NCBI GenBank assembly: GCA_041395025.1
Contig: JAWLBH010000001.1
Span: 840,001 to 872,000 of the forward strand
Length of the DNA stretch: 32,000 nt
Reading direction: 5' to 3'
Origin: Chlamydiales bacterium
GTDB lineage: Bacteria > Chlamydiota > Chlamydiia > Chlamydiales > JAAKFR01
Under the pieces are notes generated by a model. The model did not search any database and was not told where the DNA came from. It worked only from the letters and a program-made list of their open reading frames with translations. The position numbers and the translations under genes were made by a program. The stretch's first letter is position 1, and the number at the start of each line of letters is the position of its first letter. Below, in pieces: positions 8,325 to 15,952 of this stretch.

Positions 8325-8826
8325 CTTCTACCTTCTGCTTTAATGCACGGATTTGATCTCTTAGTAAAGCAGCTTGTTCGTAATCTTCTTTTATTAACAT
8401 TTCATCAATTGCTTCGTTTAAAGTAATTAAACGTAAGGTTGGACTAATGCCAGTCATTTCTCCTTGGACTCTTCCAATATGCAGAGGCTGACCTTTCTTA
8501 CTTGGATTAAGGTGGCGAGAGACACGTTTTTCCTTAAATAAATCATCAACAAGAATTTCAGCAAAGACATTATAACAATCTGAACATCCAAGAAGATGGC
8601 CCATACGAATCGCTTCTAAGGATGTTCCACAATTTCCACATACAAGGTCTGCCATTTTTTCTTTTTTATCTTGAGTATTGTGAGATGTATTTCCATGTAA
8701 TCGTTTTTCAAGATGGGGACAATTCAAACACATCCCTGTACGTGTGACTTTTTCTTGAATGATTTCAATATAATGGACAGAAATTGGCTTTTTACACTCG
8801 GTGCAATCTAATGGTCGTTCAGGCAT
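8305..8826 (-). CDS. mcsA: McsA-like zinc-finger / UVR-motif protein (McsB activator homologue)
   Basis: Four CxxC pairs (CTECKK, CLNCPH, CGNCGT, CSDCYN) and a C-terminal UVR motif (EDYEQAALLRDQIRALK). Position equals CT676. Confidence 0.8.
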   Translation of the reverse strand: MPERPLDCTECKKPISVHYIEIIQEKVTRTGMCLNCPHLEKRLHGNTSHNTQDKKEKMADLVCGNCGTSLEAIRMGHLLGCSDCYNVFAEILVDDLFKEKRVSRHLNPSKKGQPLHIGRVQGEMTGISPTLRLITLNEAIDEMLIKEDYEQAALLRDQIRALKQKVEDEKTSE

Positions 8827-8851
8827 CTATTAAAATTTAAGTAAAATCTAT

Positions 8852-8880
8852 ATCTTAATGATCCTCGAAAATATTTGCAA
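8852..8880 (-). promoter_or_regulatory. Candidate sigma-70/66-type promoter for mcsA-mcsB
   Basis: The minus strand reads TTGCAA (8880-8875), a 17-nt spacer, then TAAGAT (8857-8852), about 25 nt upstream of the mcsA ATG at 8826. This is a pattern match only, in an AT-rich region. Confidence 0.3.
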
Positions 8881-9068
8881 ATTGACTCATATAAGAAATG
8901 CTATTTGTACGTTTTGATCGAAATTCCAATAGAGCTAGATATCATTAAAATCAGCAAAAGTTGAATAATTGACTCTTTATTTTTAAATAGTTAGATAAAA
9001 TGATAGAGGGAACAAGAAAAAACAGAAATCAAGAATAATGTTCTAGATAAAAAATAACGAAAAAAAAC

Positions 9069-9142
9069 TGGGTCTTGATGGACTCGAACCATCGACCCCC
9101 TCATTAAAAGTGAGGTGCTCTAACCAACTGAGCTAAAGACCC
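9069..9142 (-). tRNA. tRNA-Lys (anticodon UUU)
   Basis: Folded by hand into a 74-nt cloverleaf: acceptor GGGTCTT/AAGACCC, D stem GCTC/GAGC, anticodon stem CCTCA/TGAGG with loop CTTTTAA, T arm GATGG-TTCGAGT-CCATC, discriminator A. CCA is not encoded. Confidence 0.93.
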
Positions 9143-9177
9143 TAAAGATTAAAGGATAGTCTTCAAAAAATTGAATT

Positions 9178-9252
9178 TGACCCCAAGGGGATTCGAACCC
9201 CTGTTGTCGGGATGAAAACCCGGTGTCCTAGGCCTGGCTAGACGATGGGGCC
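9178..9252 (-). tRNA. tRNA-Glu (anticodon UUC)
   Basis: 75-nt cloverleaf: acceptor GGCCCCA/TGGGGTC, D arm GTCT…GGAC, anticodon stem CCGGG/CCCGA with loop TTTTCAT, T arm AGGGG-TTCGAAT-CCCCT. Close to the E. coli tRNA-Glu layout. Confidence 0.92.
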
Positions 9253-9275
9253 GTAACAACTAAAAATGCAAAACC

Positions 9276-9304
9276 ATTTTAATCATAGGATAGGTATATG
9301 GCAA
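9276..9304 (-). promoter_or_regulatory. Candidate promoter for the tRNA-Glu/tRNA-Lys pair
   Basis: The minus strand reads TTGCCA (9304-9299), a 17-nt spacer, then TAAAAT (9281-9276), ending about 24 nt upstream of the tRNA-Glu 5' end. Pattern match only. Confidence 0.35.
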
Positions 9305-9308
9305 TAAC

Positions 9309-9860
9309 TTAAATTGTAATGATTTCTTTTTCTTTTGTTTCAGTGATTTTGTCAGCTTCTTTACAACATTGATCGGTGAGTTCTTGAATATTTTTTTCCA
9401 ACTTTTTCATCCGATCTTCAGGAAGATCTCCATCTGTTTTTTGTTTTTTTATCAACTCGTTACCTTCGCGACGAACGTTGCGAATGGATATTTTTGCAGC
9501 CTCACGCTTTCGTCGTGCCTGTTTGACCATCTCTTCTCTAGCTGCTTGGTTCATTTCAGGTAGCTGCATTCTTATGATATTTCCATCAACAATTGGCTGT
9601 AGATTAAGATTAGCTAGCTCAATGCCTTTTGCAATAGGATGCAGGTTATTTATATCAAAAGGAGAGATGAGAATTTGACGTGGCTCAGGTACTGAGATAG
9701 TTGCAAGATCTTTGATTCGCATCTTCGTACCATAAACTGTAGCATAAACATTGTCTAAAATAGCTGGATTTGCTCGACCTGTTCTGAGAGAGTTGAGCTC
9801 ATATTTAAGATGATCAACTGCCCCTTCCATTTTTTTTCGAATATCTGACATGACATCCAT
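9309..9860 (-). CDS. frr: Ribosome recycling factor
   Basis: MDVMSDIRKKMEGAVDHLKYELNSLRTGRANPAILDNV… matches the RRF N-terminus (…SDIRK…IRTGRA-P-LLD). Size is about 183 aa. I prefer the ATG at 9860, preceded by GGGTGA; the track ORF begins at GTG 9872, and ATG 9851 is also possible. Confidence 0.92.
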   Translation of the reverse strand: MDVMSDIRKKMEGAVDHLKYELNSLRTGRANPAILDNVYATVYGTKMRIKDLATISVPEPRQILISPFDINNLHPIAKGIELANLNLQPIVDGNIIRMQLPEMNQAAREEMVKQARRKREAAKISIRNVRREGNELIKKQKTDGDLPEDRMKKLEKNIQELTDQCCKEADKITETKEKEIITI

Positions 9861-9864
9861 AGAT

Positions 9865-10578
9865 TCACCCACTTATCAATGTTCCCAAAGATTTGTCTAA
9901 AAGCGCATCTGTGAGAGACACTTTGTTAAAATTAAAAACTCGAATCGGAATTTTTGCTTGCATACACATCGTAATTGCAGAAAAATCCATGATTGCTAAT
10001 TCTTTTTTCAAAATTTCTTGAAAAGAAATTTGATGATAGATTTTTGCATTCATATGCTGAGAGGGGTTTTTATCAAATACTCCATCAACATGCATTGTAG
10101 CTTTAAATAGAATATCAGCATGAATTTCACAAGCTCTTAGCGCAGCATTTGTATCTGTTGTGAAGTAAGGATGACCAATCCCTCCAACAAAAAGAACAAC
10201 CTCTCCCATAGATAAGTATTCAATCACTCGATCTACTTGATAAGATTCAGCTATTCTTGGACATTCTAATCCTGTAATTAGATGGACTTTAGTACCAATC
10301 TTAATTAGAGCATCTTTTAATGCAATTCCATTAATCAAAGTAGAAAGCATCCCAATTTCATCGGAATGGATCCGCTCGATCTGCAGTTCTTGACTCTTCT
10401 GAAGACCGCGAAATAAATTCCCGGCTCCTATCACAACTCCAACTTGACAATTATATTTTTGAAGTTTAGAAATTTGATGAGCAATTTGGGATAAGGCATT
10501 ATGACACAAACCATGGTCCTGAGATCCCATGAATGCTTCACCTGAAAGTTTAATGATAATTCTCTGGTATCTATCCAT
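9865..10578 (-). CDS. pyrH: UMP kinase
   Basis: YQRIIIKLSGEAF…VGVVIGAGNLFRG…VVLFVGGIGHPYFTTDTNAALRA are amino-acid-kinase/PyrH signatures. I prefer ATG 10578 (MDRYQR…), 4 nt after the tsf stop. The track's 16-codon N-terminal extension to 10626 lies inside tsf. Confidence 0.92.
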   Translation of the reverse strand: MDRYQRIIIKLSGEAFMGSQDHGLCHNALSQIAHQISKLQKYNCQVGVVIGAGNLFRGLQKSQELQIERIHSDEIGMLSTLINGIALKDALIKIGTKVHLITGLECPRIAESYQVDRVIEYLSMGEVVLFVGGIGHPYFTTDTNAALRACEIHADILFKATMHVDGVFDKNPSQHMNAKIYHQISFQEILKKELAIMDFSAITMCMQAKIPIRVFNFNKVSLTDALLDKSLGTLISG

Positions 10579-11428
10579 TGTATTCTCCAACTTTCCAACG
10601 AAGAAAATGAGAAATAGTGATTTCACTCTCTATTTTTTTGCTTTCTGTTGCTAGAAGTTGTTGGATTGTCAGATTGCCATTTTTGATAAATTTTTGATTA
10701 AGTAAGCAGACTTGATCGAAAAATGCATTTAATTTACCTTCAAGGATTTTATTTACAATACTTTCGGGCTTTCCTTTAATTTGTGCTCTTGCAATCTCTT
10801 TTTCCTGTTCAATAAGGTGATCGGGAATCTTTTGGGGTGAGATATAATCAGGTGCTTCCGCAGCAATATGCATGGCAATTTCTTTCCCGAATTGACCCAA
10901 ATGACTTGATCCAGCAATTTCCACAATTGTGACAATCTGTCCTCCTTGGTGGGAATAAAAAGCAAGTGTCGAATCGATTTTTTTACTGAATCTTTTTAAA
11001 CGACTGATGCGTATGTTTTCACCTAAACCTTCTACAATTGTTGATCGATATTGATCAAGAGTAAGAGTTGGATCTTTCGTATAAGATTGATTAAGAAAAT
11101 CTTCAATATTTGTTGCTGAAGAATCACAAGCTTCTTTAGCTAAATTATGTGCAAATTCCTGAAAGCGTTCGTTTTTCACAACAAAATCTGTTTCGGCATT
11201 AACTTCAATAACCACCATTGTTGAATGCGTTTCAGCGACACAAATCATCCCTTCATTAGTTTGGCGTCCTTCTTTTTTTACAGCTGAAGCTATTCCAGCT
11301 TTGCGAAGGTTAGCAATAGCTAACTCAATATCACCATGAGCAGCTTGTAAAGCTTCTTTACATTTTCCCATTCCAATTCCGGTACGATGTCTAAGAGTTT
11401 TTATCATTTCTGCGTTGATCTCAACCAT
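10571..11428 (-). CDS. tsf: Elongation factor Ts
   Basis: The N-terminal UBA-like EF-Ts signature is MIKTLRHRTGIGMGKCKEALQAAHGDIELAIANLRKAG. The ORF is 285 aa. Its start overlaps the rpsB stop in TAATG. Confidence 0.95.
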   Translation of the reverse strand: MVEINAEMIKTLRHRTGIGMGKCKEALQAAHGDIELAIANLRKAGIASAVKKEGRQTNEGMICVAETHSTMVVIEVNAETDFVVKNERFQEFAHNLAKEACDSSATNIEDFLNQSYTKDPTLTLDQYRSTIVEGLGENIRISRLKRFSKKIDSTLAFYSHQGGQIVTIVEIAGSSHLGQFGKEIAMHIAAEAPDYISPQKIPDHLIEQEKEIARAQIKGKPESIVNKILEGKLNAFFDQVCLLNQKFIKNGNLTIQQLLATESKKIESEITISHFLRWKVGEYNG

Positions 11429-12189
11429 TATAGCACCTCTTCTAATATATTATCTTGAGAAGAGCTAATCGCTTTTTCCTTTTTTTCTCCTTCTACTGAG
11501 AGATTAAGTGTATTTTTAGAGTCAATGATTGCTTGAGTTAATGCTTGAATAATCACTTTGATGCTTTTTAAAGCATCATCATTGCAGGGGATTGGATAGT
11601 CAATAAGATCTGGATCGCAATTTGTATCAATCAGGGCAAGTACAGGAATATCAAGTTTTTTTGCTTCAGCCACTGCAATGTGTTCATGACTTGGGTCAAC
11701 AACAATTAAAAGACCGGGTAATTTACGCATTGCTCGCATTCCTGAAAGATGACTTTCAAGCTTTTCTTGCTTTTTTGTTAAGAGAGAGATTTCTTTTTTG
11801 GTCATCCCATCTCCAGTTGTTGCAAGCTGATGTTCAATTTTTTCTAAAATTTTAATTGAATTTCGAATAGTACTCATATTGGTTAACATTCCACCAAGCC
11901 AACGTTCGCAGACATAAAATTCATCACATGCCTCGGCAGACTCACGAATAACTGATTTAGCCTGTTTTTTTGTACCAACAAACAAAATGGATTTGTGTTC
12001 TAAAACCAAATTCGATACCACTTCAATCCCTTTTCTTAATTGTTGTAATGTTTTGGCTAAATCAATAATATATAATTTATTACGTACATCAAAGATAAAA
12101 CGTTTCATCTTTGGATTCCATCGTCTTTTTTGGTGCCCAAAATGGGCTCCTGCTTCTAATAAATCTTTCACACTTACATCTTTTTTCAT
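11428..12189 (-). CDS. rpsB: 30S ribosomal protein S2
   Basis: LLEAGAHFGHQKRRWNPKM…, FVGTKKQA, ERWLGGMLTN and PGLLIVVDP…EHIAVAEAKKLDIPVLALIDTNCDP are canonical S2 blocks. Confidence 0.96.
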   Translation of the reverse strand: MKKDVSVKDLLEAGAHFGHQKRRWNPKMKRFIFDVRNKLYIIDLAKTLQQLRKGIEVVSNLVLEHKSILFVGTKKQAKSVIRESAEACDEFYVCERWLGGMLTNMSTIRNSIKILEKIEHQLATTGDGMTKKEISLLTKKQEKLESHLSGMRAMRKLPGLLIVVDPSHEHIAVAEAKKLDIPVLALIDTNCDPDLIDYPIPCNDDALKSIKVIIQALTQAIIDSKNTLNLSVEGEKKEKAISSSQDNILEEVL

Positions 12190-12323
12190 ATCAAGCCTTG
12201 TCCCTTTGACCTTTTTGACACGGCATCCTGTTTTTTGACAGAATTTCGGTCTTGATTAATCATTATTTTAGATATACAAACTAAAAAACCCACTCGGATT
12301 TCTTAGATATTATTTAGAAATAA

Positions 12324-12394
12324 AGCGCCTGATCAGAATCGAACTGACACCAGTAGCTTGGAAGGCTACTGCTCTACCATTGAGCTACAGGCGC
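12324..12394 (-). tRNA. tRNA-Gly (anticodon UCC)
   Basis: 71-nt cloverleaf: acceptor GCGCCTG/CAGGCGC, D arm GCTC-AATGGTA-GAGC, anticodon stem GTAGC/GCTAC with loop CTTCCAA, T arm GTCAG-TTCGATT-CTGAT, discriminator T. Confidence 0.92.
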
Positions 12395-12653
12395 CCTAAT
12401 AAACCAAAAATTGTAATTTATGATCTTTTTTTGTGCAAGTTGAGTTGAAAGAGATGTAATCAAAACTCGAGTCTGATTAGACCTATTTTTTTCTAGCTTG
12501 ATGTTATAGCTACTTTAAATAGTAGATAGCAGGAGGAAAATAACCAAAATCCCTGTTGAGATAAGATCAGAAAAGGATGTAAAACTATAAAAGAAGAGGA
12601 ATTATTTGTGGAAGTATTTTTTTTAATTAAAATCAACGTTTGATTCTCATCTT

Positions 12654-15600
12654 ATGAAGATTGCATCTTTGAATAAAAAGCATAAAATTCCTGAAAAAGC
12701 CAACCGAATTTTAAATGGTGTATTGGTTATTATTCTCTTGATTCTGATTCGTATATGGCATCTTTCTGTCCTGCAGCATCAAGAAAAATTGGAAGAATCG
12801 CGTAAACCACAAGAAAAAGTCGTGATAGAAAGAGCGAATAGAGCCACAATTTGCGATCGTTTTCATATTCCAATGGCAGTGAATAAAGTCCAGTATAATG
12901 CTGCTATTGCTTATGGAGGGATTTCTGATTTACCTAGGATAGTATTCAAAAAAAATTTCGAAGGAAAACGTGTCAAAAATTTTTATCGAAGAGATTACAT
13001 TAAAGCTCTTTCTGAAAAACTAAGTGAAGAGCTTCATCTTGATCCAGAGAGAATCGAGGACTTGATACACTCGAAAGCAGCCATTTTAGGTAATGTACCT
13101 TGTATTTTAAAAGAAGATATTTCTGAAGAAGAGTATTTTCGTCTCAAAATGTTAGAAAAAGATTGGCCTGGATTATATGCTGAAATTGCTCCTAAGAGAT
13201 ACTATCCTATGGGTCCAGTTGGAGGGGATGTAGTCGGTTATATTGGTCCTATTAGTGCGATCGAGTACAAAGAGATTACTCAAGAACTCCATGAATTACG
13301 CGAGTCTATTATGATGTGGAAAGAGGGAGATCACTCTCCTTTTCCTCAAGAATATCAGACTGTTGAAGAAGTGCAACAACGTCTCAAACAACTTGAGAAA
13401 AAGGCTTATACTATTAATGATTTTGTGGGGAAAATGGGAGTCGAGGCTGTTTTTGATGAACAATTGAGAGGTTTTAGAGGTAGACATAGGTATCTCGTAG
13501 ATACGAGAGGAAATTTTTTAAGAGAACTTATGGGATCAGAATCTTCAATTCCTGGTCAACCAGTTATTCTATCTATCTCTTCTGAATTGCAAGCTTATGC
13601 AGAACAGCTTCTTGTTGAATATGATCAGGAACTCCCTAGTACGCGTCCTGCTTCTATTAAGAGACAAGCTCTTATTCCTGAGCATCAACCGTGGATTAAA
13701 GGAGGAGCAATTGTTGTTATGGATCCCCATTCTGGAGAGATTTATGCCCTTGCTTCTTCTCCTCGTTTTGATCCAAATGATTTTATTCGCACAGGGGATA
13801 TCATTAAATCTGCTGAAAAAAATAGAAAAATTCATCAATGGTTAGAGACAGAAGCTCATATTGCATCTCTTTGGGATTTAAAGTCTTCTCTTATAAGAGA
13901 TCGATTTAATCAAATTTCTCAGACTTTTTATCAAGAAGAGATCAAATTAGATTGGAATACTTATCTTGGAATGATTTTACCAGCGCATTCACCAGTGAGG
14001 CAAAGGCTTGATTTGAAAGGGACAATTAATGATGCAATTTGGGTGCAGAAGAAGGTTTGTGAATTGATTTCGTTATTTGAGACAGAAAATTTTTCAATTA
14101 CTCCTGCAAAAATTTTTGACGTTGTTTATGATGGAGAGAATCATATTTCTACTTATACAAATATCTCTCTTCAGGAACGGGCATTTTTTGCAGATAAAAT
14201 GGTTCTATTCAAACCTCAAATTGATGAAATATGTAGTTCCCTTGACTCGTATTTTCATGGAATTCCATTAAACTATGAGAAGTTACTTCTTGTAGATCTC
14301 TATCGAATAAATGTAGATCCAAGTGATTTTTCTGCTTCTCTTAAGGAGGCGATTGGAAAAATGTCTCTTGTAGATTATCGAAAATCTAGTGCTCAGATCT
14401 CTTCAGTTGAAGAGGCTATGTACCAAATTATTGAAGAACTATATTACCATTATGATTTCAAAAATTGGCGTGAGAAAGAATTTAAGAGTTTTTTAAAAAA
14501 AAAACGTCTAGAAGAAAAAAAAATGGGCCGTAAATACTCACGCCCTTACATCGAATATCTTGACAAGGTAAGAAAAGAACAATTTGCTATTTTTTGGGAA
14601 AAGTATCGTTGGGATTTCTTATCTATTTTTTTGAATCAAGAAACTCATGTCAATAACCTCTCCTTAAAACCTTATGTATTGGATTTAATGCATTGGGCCC
14701 ACGAAATTGCTCAAGGTGCATATAGCGGGCTTACATGGATTTTTGATTATCATCGTTTCAAGGAACAGGTCGATTCTTTTGCATCGCACGATCTTTTTCT
14801 CTCTTTTTGTCAAAGTTTACGTTCATTTAATAAGCTCAATCGCCCTCTTTTCGGCTCGTATTTAGGATTACGTGGATCTTTAGAGAAACATCTTGCCTCA
14901 GCGTTTTATCCAACATATGGGTTTGGGTATGCGCGTTCTTATGCTTTTCGTCAGGCGACAACAGTTGGTTCGATTTTTAAATTAGTGACTGCTTATGAAT
15001 CAATGAGACAGAGATATTTTATTCATCCAGAAGATCTTAATCCCTTGACGATTATCGATAACAAACATCGTGCACCAGGGAAAATAGGAGAATGGAATGT
15101 GGGTTACAATCTCGATGGATCAACTATTCCGGTTTATTACCGAGGAGGGCGATTACCAAGATCTGAACATCATGGTATTGGAGAGGTTGATTTAGTTCAT
15201 GCAATTGAAACCTCAAGTAATCCTTACTTTGCGATGTTAGCAGGAGATGTTTTAGAAGATCCAGAAGACCTTTGTTCTGCTTCTCAACTTTTTGGATATG
15301 GTAGTCGGACTGGGATTGGACTTCCTGGAGAATATGCTGGCAAAATTCCTAAAGATGTTGCTTATAACCGAACTGGTCTTTATGCGATGTCAATTGGGCA
15401 ACACAGCCTTGTTGGAACTCCCTTACAAACTGCTGTGATGATGGCGGGAATAGCAAATGGAGGAGAGATTCTTAAGCCTCAAATTACGCATTGTAAAAAA
15501 GATGTCAAATGGAGAATTTTTCTTCCTAAAACAATACAAAAGCCTTTACTCCAAGGATTACGTCAGGTTGTATTGGGAGAAAAAGGGACAGCTCGGCTTT

Positions 15601-15893
15601 TAAAACATCAATTTCCTGCTGAGCTTGTGAATCGAATCATTGGAAAAACAAGTACATCAGAAGTCATGGAGAGATATGGCCTTGACTCCATTTCAAGAAC
15701 GTTGAAGTCAAAAGATATTTGGTTTGGGGCGATTGCATATGAGAGTCCAGACTATCTAAAACCTGAACTGGTAGTGATTATTTATCTGCGACAAGGAGAG
15801 TTTGGGAAAGACGCAGCCCCTTTAGCTGGAAAAATCATTCAAAAATGGATGAGTATCAAAGCCTCACATCAATCTGATAAAGATATTTCCTAA
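12654..15893 (+). CDS. mrdA: Penicillin-binding protein 2 (class B transpeptidase), chlamydial long form of 1079 aa
   Basis: N-terminal TM anchor (ILNGVLVIILLILIRIW), pedestal region, GGAIVVMDPHSGEIYALASSPRFDPNDF, SxxK = S773-IFK, SxN = SSN (ETSSNPYF), and KTS (IGKTSTSE) in place of KTG. The size matches the roughly 1080-aa CT682 as I recall it. Confidence 0.9.
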   Translation: MKIASLNKKHKIPEKANRILNGVLVIILLILIRIWHLSVLQHQEKLEESRKPQEKVVIERANRATICDRFHIPMAVNKVQYNAAIAYGGISDLPRIVFKKNFEGKRVKNFYRRDYIKALSEKLSEELHLDPERIEDLIHSKAAILGNVPCILKEDISEEEYFRLKMLEKDWPGLYAEIAPKRYYPMGPVGGDVVGYIGPISAIEYKEITQELHELRESIMMWKEGDHSPFPQEYQTVEEVQQRLKQLEKKAYTINDFVGKMGVEAVFDEQLRGFRGRHRYLVDTRGNFLRELMGSESSIPGQPVILSISSELQAYAEQLLVEYDQELPSTRPASIKRQALIPEHQPWIKGGAIVVMDPHSGEIYALASSPRFDPNDFIRTGDIIKSAEKNRKIHQWLETEAHIASLWDLKSSLIRDRFNQISQTFYQEEIKLDWNTYLGMILPAHSPVRQRLDLKGTINDAIWVQKKVCELISLFETENFSITPAKIFDVVYDGENHISTYTNISLQERAFFADKMVLFKPQIDEICSSLDSYFHGIPLNYEKLLLVDLYRINVDPSDFSASLKEAIGKMSLVDYRKSSAQISSVEEAMYQIIEELYYHYDFKNWREKEFKSFLKKKRLEEKKMGRKYSRPYIEYLDKVRKEQFAIFWEKYRWDFLSIFLNQETHVNNLSLKPYVLDLMHWAHEIAQGAYSGLTWIFDYHRFKEQVDSFASHDLFLSFCQSLRSFNKLNRPLFGSYLGLRGSLEKHLASAFYPTYGFGYARSYAFRQATTVGSIFKLVTAYESMRQRYFIHPEDLNPLTIIDNKHRAPGKIGEWNVGYNLDGSTIPVYYRGGRLPRSEHHGIGEVDLVHAIETSSNPYFAMLAGDVLEDPEDLCSASQLFGYGSRTGIGLPGEYAGKIPKDVAYNRTGLYAMSIGQHSLVGTPLQTAVMMAGIANGGEILKPQITHCKKDVKWRIFLPKTIQKPLLQGLRQVVLGEKGTARLLKHQFPAELVNRIIGKTSTSEVMERYGLDSISRTLKSKDIWFGAIAYESPDYLKPELVVIIYLRQGEFGKDAAPLAGKIIQKWMSIKASHQSDKDIS

Positions 15894-15952
15894 CGTCAAG
15901 AATAATTGGCACTGAATTTGCATTCCACAATAGATGATTAAAACTGTTGTAG

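Noticed and set aside
8880-8975. The 9-mer AATTGACTC occurs twice (8880-8888 and 8967-8975) upstream of mcsA. The second copy forms a plus-strand TTGACT-17-TAGATA promoter-like pattern.
   Set aside because: A single 9-mer repeat in 240 nt of AT-rich DNA is not clearly above chance. The plus-strand promoter-like pattern faces only the antisense of two tRNA genes, with no downstream product.
10579-10626. The N-terminal extension of the pyrH ORF (MKSLFLIFFVGKLENT) overlaps the tsf 3' end. Similar short extensions occur on frr (GTG 9872), sufC (TTG 19778) and sufD (TTG 20499).
   Set aside because: Conserved protein N-termini begin at the downstream ATGs ([37 protein letters not shown]). The extensions are simply the longest-ORF artefact.
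12205-12222. On the minus strand, GTCAAAAAGGTCAAA upstream of rpsB resembles a CtsR operator (RGTCAAA-NAN-RGTCAAA). This is tempting because mcsA/mcsB are present.
   Set aside because: The repeat spacing is 9 nt rather than the 10 nt of the CtsR consensus. The first heptad begins with T rather than a purine. The site is upstream of rpsB, not mcsA, and no ctsR gene is in the window. I kept it only as an uninterpreted repeat (see findings).
14495-14523. Homopolymeric A tracts (10 and 9 nt) lie inside pbp2. Similar 9-nt runs occur at 202-210 (sctO) and 29393-29401 (PhoU-like gene). I considered them as possible slipped-strand phase-variation sites.
   Set aside because: They encode in-frame Lys or Phe runs in intact, essential-looking genes of a low-GC genome. 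There is no evidence of frameshifted alleles in the sequence.
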